DNA of 64,000 nucleotides. Origin: the human T2T-CHM13v2.0 reference genome, Homo sapiens. Positions 24,864 to 36,899 of the stretch are shown here, one piece after another. The notes beneath the pieces are model-generated. The model made no database searches. It was not told the DNA's origin and was given only the letters and a program-made list of their open reading frames with translations. Position numbers and translations under genes: made by a program. The DNA lies in the NCBI RefSeq assembly GCF_009914755.1, contig NC_060928.1; one strand, given 5' to 3'. The number at the start of each line of letters is the position of its first letter. Position 1 is the first letter of the stretch.

Positions 24864-27339
24864 GCACTTATAGAAAAAACTCGTTTGATTTTTGGGGGGA
24901 AACAAGGGCTACCTTTACTGGAAAATCTGGTGATTTATATCAATATTTCTCAATTTTTTAATTGTGTTTATTTTTCTGGGTGTTCAATTTGCTATACAGA
25001 TAAATCAAACTATGAGTTATGCTTCATTTCATGCGGTGATTGCTGCCAATACCCTTGGCTCTCACCTAGTGAAGAATGCGCTTTACTAAACTATGGGCTG
25101 GCCCCTAATGGGAGAGTCACTGATATAAATTGCCCTTTTTATAAGAAGTTTCTTTCTGTCTTGCTACTCAAATTTACCTCCTTAAAAATATTTATATTAT
25201 CTTAACAAGGGCTCTCATTTCATTGCTTTTGTTGAACAATATTTCTCATAATTGTTGACAATTTAATGAAGCTGGCAGTGAAATGGTGGCTAAAATATTT
25301 CGTTTTTCAAAACTCAAATCATTTGTGTCGTCAATAGAAGCAAAAGTGAGTGGCTGAATGCTTCACCTGTGAAAAGATCTGATTGAAATTCGGGCTCAGC
25401 TTTCTAGCCTTCACATATAAGTAATTAGCACTAAGATTTGCGGTGTTTCAATCCTTTATAGCAATATACCAACTATAATGGTTTTAAGATTGGACTGCAT
25501 TCATTTGCATCGTTCCTAGTGGAATTTTGATGGGACCTCATAGAGCGGTTGCCTTCTGGGGAACTCTGTATTCAATGCTGTCCCAGAACAGCAGCAGCAC
25601 TACAGGTTTTTAGGACAGAAGCAAAATTGGCATGTCTAAGGAAGAAATACCCCAATAATATAAAAGAAACCACACTCCAAACCTGAAAAGGAAGGATGTT
25701 CGTGCATGCATGAGGTGTGTGCTTGTTTCTGATTCAGAACTCATTCAGAAATCCTGAGCCCTGGGTAACTGCCTCTAACAGAGGCAAGAAGGTGAGACTG
25801 GCAGCCTCAATACTTCAAATCAAATTCTGGATCATCCCAAGAAGCTGGGCAAATAGAGGTCATAAGCAACAAGAAACAAACTCTGTGAGCTTTTCTCACA
25901 ACTAAAAAAGTTAAAAACAAGAATCTCTTCATAATTCCAACATTATTAGTTAATTATGAATGAGATGAGGAAGAAGAATATTTGTAAACTATACATAAGC
26001 AAATAAATGCAAACCATTTGAGAAACTCCATAAATGGTAGCATTCACTCCCTAACCCCAAGTTAGAGGACACTGGAAAATGTTTACAAGTAGCATCCAAG
26101 GGTTCAATAAAACCACTCCTTACACCTAAGACAAGTCCTTACCCTCAAACATTGGAGCTTGCTGTACTGGCTACCTAGCTCTGGCTAATATGGAACAGGG
26201 AACATAAAAAGGACAAAAGAGATGCTTTTATTCACATGGTGGTTAAAGACAGATTTCAAAGGATCAGATTGACTTTGGTGTAAATTCCAGCTCTGTCACT
26301 GTGATCTTGGGCAAGTTTCTTTACTTCACTCAACCTCATTTTCCTTTCTATAGGATGAGGATAATAAAATTAGCCTTCTGAAGTGTTGTAAGAATTAAAT
26401 GTTATGGAGGCTCTGGAAACCTGGTTCTTGCCATTGGTCCTCAGGCCAACTCCATGGACATGGTCTCAGTCTCAGTCTTAGATCAAGCAGATATGTAAAT
26501 TGTGTTTTCACACCAAATTGCTCTGAAAACTTGCAAGTACAAGGCAGTCTCCTGTTGGGAGTGTTATAGCAGGAAGTAGGATACAGCGTTTTTGGCGTGG
26601 TAGTCACAGGGTGAAGGAAGTAGGAAAAGGATATTACATAACACATCACAGTTTTGAGAAGCCATCAGCAGGAAACAGCAATGATCACAGTGACTGAGGT
26701 TTCTTGAGCAATGTTACCATGGGGTCTAGAGAAGGAAAGAAGGAGACGTGGCTAACGCTATTCTATCATTGTGAGTCCTCCTGAGACACCCTCTCAGGTG
26801 TTCCAGAAGTAACTGGAGAGACGTTAAGGGATGGTGGAGGTGGCAGACCCACAATAGCACAGTGAGGGAAATCCAGAAAAACAGATCACACAGTTTGTCT
26901 TTTCTGGCTACCCAATCACATAATTTAAAAAAGGACCTGCCTGTCTTCACCAATGATGTCCCACTCCCCTCACAATGAGTACAACAGCTGCAATGTATAA
27001 CAGCTTCCCAACTTAAGGCACTTGTTCTTCTGCATCTCTTCCTGGGGGCTTCCTCCATTGAGGTGTGGGAAAGGGGGCTTGGCAGAGAGAGATTTCTCAG
27101 CCCACAGCTAGGATGGCCTGTGATTTGATGCCCTGAGAGGAGAGATAGGAGTTAAAGGATGAATATTCAATTTTCCCAGTCTCTTGTTAGATAATTCTAG
27201 AATTTCCTATCTCTCTCTCCATATATATGTGTGTGTTTAAATTTTATAGATAGTGTATTAAAATAAATAAATATTAAAAAGACATATGAATAGATGAAAT
27301 GTTCCACTTCCCTCTTCATTATGTTTACACCTTCTTTAC

Positions 27340-28260
27340 ACACCTGAGCATAATTAAGATAGTTATTTTAAAATCTTGGTATGCTAAGTCTATCATTCTG
27401 TCACTTCTGAATCTATATTTACTTGATTTTTTTTCTCTTATATAACTCATGCTGTTCTACTTCTTAGCATGTATAATCATTTTCATTTGACTGCAGGAAA
27501 TTTTGAATCTTATGTTGCTGAGTGTCAAGATTTGTTCTCTTTCTTTAGAGTCTTGGGCTCCATTTTGACAAGCAGGTAAGTTCTAGGGCATCAGCTTTGT
27601 CTCTTTGGGGCTTGTTGTTGAGCTTTGTTAGGGTGGTCTAGGAATGTTCTTCACTCTAGGGTTTGTTTAGCTGTACTACTAAGTCATGTCCTTCTTGTGC
27701 CGTTAGTGAATGCCCTGAGTGCTCACAGGTTCTCTCTACTACGACAGGGTAGACCTTAACTATCTCCTCATTCCATGCTAGGTCTGAGGTTTTCTCAGCT
27801 TACAAATCTCTAGTTACTCTTTGCTTGACTTATGGAGTTTCCCCCACCGTGCGTGTGTGACTTAGTACTGATCAAAGAGACCCAGTGGGACCTCAGTGCA
27901 GATTTATGGAGTTCTGGTTTCTTGCATAGATCTCCCCTTTCTACAACTCTTTTTTCCTAAACTTCTAGCCACCCCAGCTCCCTTGAATTCAAACCTGTGC
28001 CCCCTCAACTCAGTAAGACTACCATGGTCTACTTTGGATCTCTCCCCTTGCACGGTGGTCCAGAGTTGCTCCAGAAAAAAACCAAGATCACCATACACCT
28101 CACCTTGTTTATTTCCTTTTCTGAGGAATTCTAGCCTTTTGCTGCTTGTTGTCCAATGTCTGATAACAATTGCTTCATATATTGTGTTGCATTTTCTAGT
28201 TGCTTAAGACAGGAAGTTATGACTTCTGTTTTACTTCAACGTGACTGGAAATTGAAGTCT
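27340..28260 (-). mobile_element. Ancient L1M/HAL1-like fragment
   Basis: T-rich degenerate LINE-like sequence; subfamily uncertain. Confidence 0.45.
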
Positions 28261-28264
28261 TATT

Positions 28265-28498
28265 GGGACAATTCTGAGGAACATTTTACAAGGTTTCCTT
28301 GAGACTCCATGGCAAGATGAAGCCCTGGTTGCACAAATGATAGCTCATTCATTACATACACTTTATTAGATTTTCTCTCTTCCCTATCCCACATTCCCCC
28401 ACTCCTTCACTTGTTCTTTCCATGATCACCTGTAAGATAAACTACTGCGCATAAGTCTTTTATCAGACTCTGTTTTGGGGGAGCCCAAACTTAGACAG
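28265..28498 (+). mobile_element. LTR16-like (ERVL) LTR 3' part; 5' part possibly at ~26900-27200
   Basis: Ends gatcacctgtaagataaactact...ctctgttttgggggagcccaaacttagaca. Confidence 0.55.
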
Positions 28499-29529
28499 TT
28501 GGGCCCCCCAGAAATTAGACCTCATAGCAGAGGCTTATGACTACTATTTTATTGAGGAGTATAATGCCAGAAAACCAAGAGGAAGAAAAATGGGAAGTGA
28601 GGCAGAAACAAGTGAAAGCTCATGATAGAAGAGAGCAGAACCACACTGGCCATTGCTGCACACAACTGAGTTCTTGACCTCACAAAGGGGCTGTTGTGAG
28701 TGTTTGCTTTCCTCATCTGCAGAAACTATGAAACCTGCTCAAACCAAGAAATTGTAGTTGTTGTGTTTATAGCAGAGTCATAAATCTTCCTAACAGCAGG
28801 GCATCAGCCTCTGATTTCTATTCCTTGGCTATGCTTAAAATAAAAATGTGGAATCTGGATCCACAAGGTACTAAAGCAGGGAGAAAGAGTCTACTAAACC
28901 ATAGTCAGGACCTCATTTTCACCTTTGAAAAGGTGAGGACTCCAACTGACATTTTTGTTCTCCACATTAAAAGTAATAAATCTTTCTTTTTTTAAGTGAA
29001 AAGTAGTTAGAAATGCTACTGTTGCTTTCAAGAATCTCCTAAAAAAGAAGCCAGATCATATGGTGAGAAATAAATAAATAAAATGTTGAGACTAGGGACT
29101 GATCCCTTGACAGCCAGACAGGAGTTTGGTTCAAAACTTGAGAGATCACAAGAAAAAGAAAATCAGCCTTCTCATTTTATAGATGGAACTACAAAGGCTC
29201 AGAAACCACCAAGGAGTTACCAAATGCCATGGAATTATTTTATTACAAAAGTGGGTCAGAGTTTGGTTTTCTGATGACTAATACACAGTGATTTTTATTA
29301 AACTAGATTATTTTCATGACTGCTCAAGAAGACAGTTATCCTAAATTTTGGCTACAGGATTGGCTTTCTAAAATTTGTAGAACCATTCTCAGAGTACTAA
29401 TTAATAGCTAATAGCCATTCACGCCATGTGCCACTTTAAGAAAGTTTAAAGAAAACATTGTGCATATTGTAGCCAAATAATTCAAAGTATAAAATGAGTT
29501 CAGCCAATTTACTGGCTAAATTACTCTAT

Positions 29530-29980
29530 TAATCATCTATTGTCTCCCGAAAATGCAGTGGGTTTAAACAGTCACCATTTTATTTTGACACATGACCATC
29601 AATTTGGGCTAGGCAATACAACAACCTGGGCTTGGCTCAGGTAGTTCTTCTGATGGTGTCTCCTGGAGTCACCAGGTGACACTTGGTGACCGAGTGCAGC
29701 TGCCTCACTCACATGTCTGGTTTTTTGCACTAGTCATTGCCTGGGCCTCATGAGCTTGGCTATCCTCATATGGTGGCAGCTGCATTTTAACAGAGCAGGG
29801 GTAGAAACTCCTAGGCTTCTTACCTTGTTGGCCTGGAACATCTACATCATCACTTTTAACACTTCCTATTGGCCAAAGCAAGTCATGAGGTGAGCATAGA
29901 GTCAAGGGGGTTGGGATACAGATTCTGTCTCTTAAAGTGAGGAGCTGCTAAGAATGTAAGGCTATTTTTAATCTTTCACT
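29530..29980 (-). mobile_element. Old MLT1-type LTR
   Basis: cagtgggtttaaacagtcaccattttattt...ctattggccaaagcaagtcat. Confidence 0.6.
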
Positions 29981-30558
29981 GCTGTATTACTTCCTAATAT
30001 TTGATTTTCTTGTTTATGACATAGAAATACCCCTTGTAAAGTTTCCAGAAAACTTACAAAAATTCATAGAGGAATGTTAGCACAAATGTTTATTGGAGTA
30101 CAATAAACAATTATTATTATTATATTACATTGCATTTCAGTGTAGATAAATATTTTAAAAAATAAAACATAGGATTACAGTTAAAATTGGATGTTTTGGT
30201 AACTTGCATATTTGTATAAGCCTCAGGCCTATGTGAAAATTCAACTAACAAAATAACTGTTTATAAGATCAGGGAAGTTGTCAAGTTGTCAGTCTCAGCA
30301 CTCTAAATCTAACTGTAATAAGTTCTGCTGCAGATCTGGCATAAATTTTAGTAGCTGTAGAATGAGAGAACCATCTTTGATAAGAAAAATTACCATCTCT
30401 TTAACAAACTCCTTAGTAAACTATTGTGATGTCTTAAGTCTGTCTTTGAAGTTTTATGAAAAACTAAATTACTTCGAATCTTTCAATACTTGGTTATCTT
30501 ATCTGTATATACTTTCTTATTAGCATCATAACACCTGTACAGATTGATAGCACATTTT

Positions 30559-30662
30559 TTTATTTTTTTTTAAATTTTATTATTATTATACTTTAAGTTT
30601 TAGGGTACATGTGCACAATGTGCAGGTTTGTTACATATGTATACATGTGCCATGCTGGTGTG
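30559..30662 (-). mobile_element. ~100-bp 5'-truncated L1PA 3' end with 14-bp TSD
   Basis: ttattatactttaagttttagggtacatgtgcacaatgtgcagg...catgctggtgtg, flanked by tgatagcacatttt at 30545-30558 and 30663-30676. Confidence 0.92.
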
Positions 30663-31303
30663 TGATAGCACATTTTATTACCTTTACTTGGTACAGAAGA
30701 AAAATGAGATTTGAAGAAATCCAAGGTTGTTTCTGAATAACAGTTTGAAGTTACTTGCAGCTTTTCATTTCTACAAAGGACAAGATGTGATCAGTCAATT
30801 GAATGTTGTCAGGTTGTTAAAACATCTCATTTAAAGACTGAAATAGCTTTTTCCTCCTTCCTTAACATGCCCATGTCTTGTTTGTGCTTCTTTGTGCATT
30901 TCTCTGTCTCAAACGCTTATCAGCCTTCAAAAAAGAAATGATGACTTTCTTTTTGTCTTTTCACCAGTCCAGTGTTACCTTCCCTGTAAAGTCTTTCCTG
31001 ACGGCCCTGGGGAAGTCCTCCCTCCCCTCTGCTTCCACTATGCCTCAGATATACAACTGTTATAACACAGACCACCTTTTAGTTTAATCTGTTTACTCAT
31101 CTGTCTCTCAAAACAGACTGTGAACCTCTTAAGAGCAGAAATTCAACTTTCATTATCTTCAAATGCCTAGCATCAAGCAAAGGCCCTCGCAAATAATAAA
31201 TGCTCAATTATAATCCGTAAAAGAAAATAACTTACTATTTAGGCTAGTTTTAGCTTTAAACTGTATCAACCTTTCAGTAATCACTAGTTCTTCAGTTAAA
31301 TGT

Positions 31304-31715
31304 TGTTATAGGTTGAATTATATCCCCCTCAAATTTATATATTGAGGTCCTAATCCCCAGTACTTCAGAATGTGACCTTATTTGGAAGTAGGGTTCTTAA
31401 AGAGGTAATTCAGTTAAAGTGAAGTAATTAGAGTGAACCCCTAATTCAGTATGATTGGTGCCCTAATAAAAAGGGGAAATTTTTAGATAGACATGCAGAC
31501 AAAGAGAACACCATGTAAACATAAAGATGAACACCCGCTAAGCAAGTAAAGATGTCTGGAACAACTCCTTCTCTCACAGTCCTGAGAAAGAAACAACCCC
31601 ATTAAACCTACATTTTGGGCTTCCAGGGTCCAGAATTGAAATATGAAAACATTTCTGTTGTTTAAGCAACCCAGTCTGTGGTACTTTGGTATGATAGCCC
31701 TAGGAAACTAATACA
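31304..31715 (+). mobile_element. MLT1B-like MaLR solo LTR
   Basis: tgttataggttgaat...ggaaactaataca, with 5-bp TSD aatgt on both sides. Confidence 0.85.
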
Positions 31716-32179
31716 AATGTTTTGGTCTTTGATTTGTTAATACAAAAAAAAATGTGGTCACTATGATATAATCAAAGTCACTTATAAAACTGCTTAAGAA
31801 ATAAAATTAAAGCTCATAGTTCACTATTAGATAATTAACCTTGAAGCCAATGGAAACTGCTGCCTTCAAACAATAAGTAAAGTGTTGTTTGCAGTTCTTT
31901 TTAAAAATTATGTATTTATTACTTTTCTTTAATGCCATGAAAAAGATAACAGACCAGATTATCTTTATACTTTAAATAATTAAAACACAAAATATATGAA
32001 GTGATGGACATTAGACAATAGGAATAATGGGATAGTAATCCCTGCAAGAAAAAAAAAAATCAGAGGCAAGCCCTTCCATGGCCCCAGAGTACCACATAGA
32101 GAGCATTTCCAGAAATCATCATTGAAAGACAAAGTTCAGAGTTCTATGTTGTTGTTGTTTGTTTTGTTTTGCTTTGAAT

Positions 32180-34095
32180 TATTTTTTTAAATTTTTACTT
32201 TAAGTTCAAGTGTACAAGTGTACATTTGGTACATGGCTAAACTTTTGTCATACAGATTATTTCATCACCCAGGTATTAAGCCTAGTACCTATTAATTAAT
32301 TTTCCTGATCCTCTCCCTCCTCTCACCCTCCATCCTCCAACAGGACCCAGTGTGTGTTGTTCCCCTCTGTGTGTCCATAAGTTCTTATCATTTAGCTCTA
32401 CTTATAAGTGAGAACATGCAGTATTGGGTTTTCAGTTCCTGTGTTAGTTTGCTGAGGATAATGGCCTCCAAGCTCCAACCATGTCCCTGCAAAGGACATG
32501 ATCTCATTGTTTTTTATGGCTGCCTAGTATTCCATGGTGTTTATATACCACATTTTCTTTATCCAGTCTATCTTTGATGGGTATTTAGGTTGATTCTATG
32601 TCTTTGCTATTGTAAATAGTGCTGCAACAAATATACATTTGCCTGTGCCTTTATAATAGAATAATTTGTATTTCTTCTGGTATATACCCTGTAATGAGAT
32701 TGCTGGGTCTTTAGGGCTTTGAGGAATTGCTGCACTGTCTTCCACAATGGTTGAACAAATTTACACTCCCATCGACAGTGTATAAGCATTCCTCTTTCTC
32801 CATGACATCGCCAGCATCTGTTATTTTTTTTCTTTTCAATAATAGTCATTCTGACTGGTGTGAGATGGTATCTCATTGTGGTTTTGATTTGATTTTCTCT
32901 AATGATCAGTGATGTTGAGCTTTTTCCATGATTGTTGGCTGCATATATGTCTTCTTTTGAAAAATGTCTGTTCATCTCCTTTGCCCTTTTTAATGGGGTT
33001 GTTTCCTTCTTGTAAATTTGTCTAAGTTCCTTATAGATGGTGGATATTAGAGCTTTGTTGGATGTATAGTTTGAAAAAAATTTCTTCCATTCCATAGGCT
33101 GTCTGTTTACTCTGTTGATAGTTTCTTTCACTGTGCAGAAGCTCTTAAGTTTAATTAAATCCCATTTGTCAATTTTTGCTTTGGGTGCAATTGCTTTCAG
33201 CATCTTTGTCATGACATCTTTGCCAGTGTCTACGTCCTGAATGGCATTGCCTAGGTTGTCTTCCCCAGGATGTTTATATTTTGGGATTTTACATTCAAGT
33301 CTTTAATCCATCTTGAGTTAATTTTTGTATATGGTGTAAAGAAGGGGTCCAGGGTTAATCTTCTGCATATGACCAGCAAGTTATCCTAGCACCATTTATT
33401 AAATAGGAAGTCCTTTTCCCATTGCTTGTTCTTGTCAAGTTGGCTGAAGATCAGATAGTGGTAGGTGTGTGGTCTTATTTCTGGGTTCTGTATTCTGTTC
33501 CATTGGTCTATATGTCTGTTTTTGTACCAGCACCATGTTGTTTTGGTTTCTGCAGCCTTGTAACATGGATAACAGTTGGATAGTGTGATGTCTCCAGCTT
33601 TAATCTTTTTGCTTAGGATTGCCTTGGCAATTCGGGTTCTTTTTTCGTTCCATATAAATTTTAAAATAGTTTTTTCTTTCTCTGTCAAGAATGCCAATGG
33701 TAGTTTAATAGCAATATCATTGAACCTATAAATTGCTTTGGGCAGTATGACCATTTTAACATTATTGATTATTCTTATACATGACCATAGAATGTTTGTC
33801 CATTTGTTTGTGTCATCTCTCATTTCTTTGAGCCATGTTCAGTAGTTAGTTATCCTTGTAGAAATTTTTCACCTCCCTAGTTAGCTGTATTCTCAGGTAT
33901 TTTATTCTTTTGTGGCAGTTGTGAATGGGTGTTTGTTCCTGATTTGGTTCTCAGCTTGACCGATGTCGTTGTATGGGAATGCTAGTGATTTTTGCACATT
34001 GATTTTGTACTGAGACTTTGCATAAGTTGTTTATCCACTTAAGAACCTATTGGACTGAGACTATGTCATTATCTAGATATAGGATCATGTTGCCA
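32180..34095 (-). mobile_element. 5'-truncated older L1PA/L1PB element (ORF2 3' part and 3'UTR)
   Basis: ORF2-like peptides in ORFs 32607-33212 and 33386-33823; frameshifted. Confidence 0.92.
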
Positions 34096-34590
34096 GTTTA
34101 CATTTCTTGACAGCAACATGGTTGTAATCTGAACTCCATTTTTCTGCAGGATATTAAGCTGTATGTGTACTTCAGGTTTGACCGACTTTATTAAGACCTT
34201 AAATGGGATTATGCAAATACAAAAGCCAACAGCAAATACTTCCTGAGGAAATGCATCTTAATTCCCTACTTTGTACAAACATGTTCTTTGTAAACATGCA
34301 TAGACATTCTCATGACTCCATTCTACCAGTCACCATTAACTGCAACCGACATCGATCCCTTCACAATTATGCAGTTTCACCCCCAGAAAATAATACATTC
34401 ATTTCTCTATTTAACAAGTTCATCTTAGCGTGCCCCCAAAGCCCCAATTAAAACAATACTTGAAAAACAAACTCAGTTTCCTTGCTGGCTTGTGAGTGAC
34501 AACATGAGGCTCAATAAACTGTACCTTTTATTCTTTAACCAAGAGAGTGCAATGAGAGTAATAAAAAAGTTCTCAGCGTTGCAGAGAGCA

Positions 34591-34597
34591 CATAAAA
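34591..34597 (+). promoter_or_regulatory. TATA-like CATAAAA of the decayed chemokine gene
   Basis: Same CATAAAAG variant as the CXCL1 promoter, ~80 nt upstream of the remnant coding start. Confidence 0.55.
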
Positions 34598-34671
34598 GTG
34601 GGCTGCAGTATTGATTCCACCAGAATCAATCTGGATCTTGATCCAGACCAGGATCAAGATCAAGGATAGAC

Positions 34672-36428
34672 CTGGGTACTCAGGACTCCTCCAGCACTCC
34701 TCCTGCTAGCTGTCATTGTTCTGGGCACATTTGGTAAGCCAACTGTGGCTTTTATCTTTTCCTTCTAGGCATTAGAAAATCTCAGAAAATATTCCAGATG
34801 TAATGAGATTGTATTTGGCATTAAGAAAAATGTAAAAACTGTGAAATTGAAACTTAAGCTGACATATACAGTATTTAGACTATGGAGTGTCAAAGACTTC
34901 TTGTTGAGTCAAATAAAAACATCTGTTTAACTTCCTAGAAATATCTGAGTGTAAGAGTCTGTGCTTTTCTTATTATAGATGATAGCAGGAACGTTACCAA
35001 AAATTGGTTTACGATGTTCATTTTAATGATGGTAAGCAGAGAGAAAATGCTAATTTCAATTAATAAAATTCACATATAATCTTTATGTTTACAACTTTTG
35101 GTAGGAAGGATCAAGTTGATTTTTGCCATTGAAAAAGTTATCTTATTGACCATACATACTTGAAAGCAATAAATTATCGGTCTAGTATATCTACCAGTTT
35201 TTCAAGCATAATAGATGCTCAATAATTGTTTGTTGATCAGGATAATAATATGTTATTAATAATTATGTTTGTGTAACTGTCTTCATAAACATTTCTATCA
35301 GTACTGAATTTGTGAATACAGTTGAGTGTCCTTCTATATTGATTTCTACTTTAAAGTAAAGAAGTAAGCATCATGGCTATGTTTGTTCTCAATAAGGATT
35401 TTTCTAATTTTTTTCTCACACAGCTGATTCCTCTGAGGATTAAGAGTTGGATGTCAGTGTATTCAGACACATTCTGACTTTATTCCTCACCAATTCATTA
35501 AAAATGATCAGTTGATACATAAGGATCCTTTCTGCAGAAGAAAAGAAGTCAGTAAGTAGTGAAGATGTGGTGGAGTTTGGAAGCCTCTAGGACAGCAGTT
35601 TTCAAAGCTGGCATTTCCTTACAAAGTATGCTAGGTTGGAAGTATAGGAGATCTAACCTCTAGGTGTTATTCCTATGCAATGTGGGAAGATAACTGCCCA
35701 ATCTTTATGCTTTCATTCCTGAAAACATTATCTACTTTCCCCAATAAAAAGGGCTCTCAAATGGGAACATAGGGTATGAATTCATCTGAGTGGAGTTAAC
35801 CCTATAGTCAGTGAACATGTACCATAAGCAAAGATACACATTCCTCAGTAAGGATACATGGATAATTAGTTGATCATCAGGAAATCTATTACAAACTTAG
35901 TTATATGATAAATTCAGTATGGCCAGATGGCCATGGAGACAACTGAGGCATAAGCCTACAAATAAAGAGCTTAGAGACTGTGGAAAACAATTCTGCATTT
36001 TATTAAAAAAAATTTTACTATAAACTATGTTTGCCAGATTGTTTCAGGTGTTCATTGCCAGGTAATGAATTACCACAATTTAGTGGCTTAAAATTAACCC
36101 ACTTATTAATTTTCACAGTTTCATAGCTCAGTAATCTAGGTGGCTTCACCAGTTTCTCTGCTTGGGGTTTCATAAAGTCAAAATCAAGGTGTCAGCTAAA
36201 GTCTCATGCGAAGACTCTAAGGATGCAATCCACTGCCAATCCAGGTTGTTGGTAGAATTCAGTTCTTTGCAGTATAAGACTGAGCTCTTCATATTCATTT
36301 TATCTCTCAAAAATTCTAATGAATTAATTTAAAGCATTGTTAAATTAAGCATAGTTATTATTTAGCCAGAACATTCTTTTCTTTTCAGAACCACACTGAA
36401 AGATGGGAAAATAATTTCTTCGGATCCC
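34672..36428 (+). pseudogene. Unprocessed ELR+ CXC chemokine pseudogene, CXCL15 (lungkine)-like; exon remnants 34672-34733, 35424-35551, 36389-~36428
   Basis: Exon 1 (M>L)GTQDS/PALLLLAVIVLGTF then GTAAG in phase 1. Exon 2 after polypyrimidine-CAG: ADSSED*EL(fs)CQCIQTHSDFIPHQFIKNDQLIHKDPFCRRKEV then GTAAGT. Exon 3 after ttttcag: TTLKDGKIISSDP. Exon layout parallels CXCL1 and PF4V1 in this window. Confidence 0.88.
36030..36295 (-). mobile_element. MLT1-type LTR fragment in intron 2 of the chemokine pseudogene
   Basis: gtaatgaattaccacaatttagtggcttaaaa...gttgttggtagaattcagttctttgcag. Confidence 0.7.
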
Positions 36429-36529
36429 TGCATATGTGCATCTGAACATGGGAGAGAGAAAAATAAAGAGGGGCAGACAGAAAATAAAACACATCTCCTC
36501 AGAAGAAACAAACTGTTAGTCTTTAGAGT

Positions 36530-36750
36530 GGTGATATGTATATATTGAAAGAGAACTAGACAAAAAGTTCAGACGTTTGGGCTCTATGATTCTGAGCAAG
36601 CATCTGAGCTTCTTTATACTCAGTTGTAAATGTTAAAACATGGGAAAATGAAACAAAACATCTCCTCCTTGACAAAACTGTCAAGAGGAGATAATAAAAT
36701 TGAAAGTGCTTTGAACATAAACATGAAAAATCAGAGTGTTGTTCTTATTA
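36530..36750 (+). mobile_element. MIR remnant
   Basis: gagaactagac...gagcaagcatctgagcttctttatactcagtt...gaaagtgctttg. Confidence 0.5.
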
Positions 36751-36899
36751 AAACTATGAGATCACTTCTTAATTAGTACTTAGAAAAGCAAGTTTTGTGG
36801 AACCTGTTCACATTGCCCTATCCATAACTACATATGCACCAAACCACTAAATTATCTGTAGCAGGTGCCAAGTTTTACTGCTGTAGATCATAGCAAAAA

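Noticed and set aside
36661-36691. Bulged hairpin tctcctccttgaca-aaac-tgtcaagaggaga
   Set aside because: Lies in a decayed MIR-like segment and is too short for a pre-miRNA.
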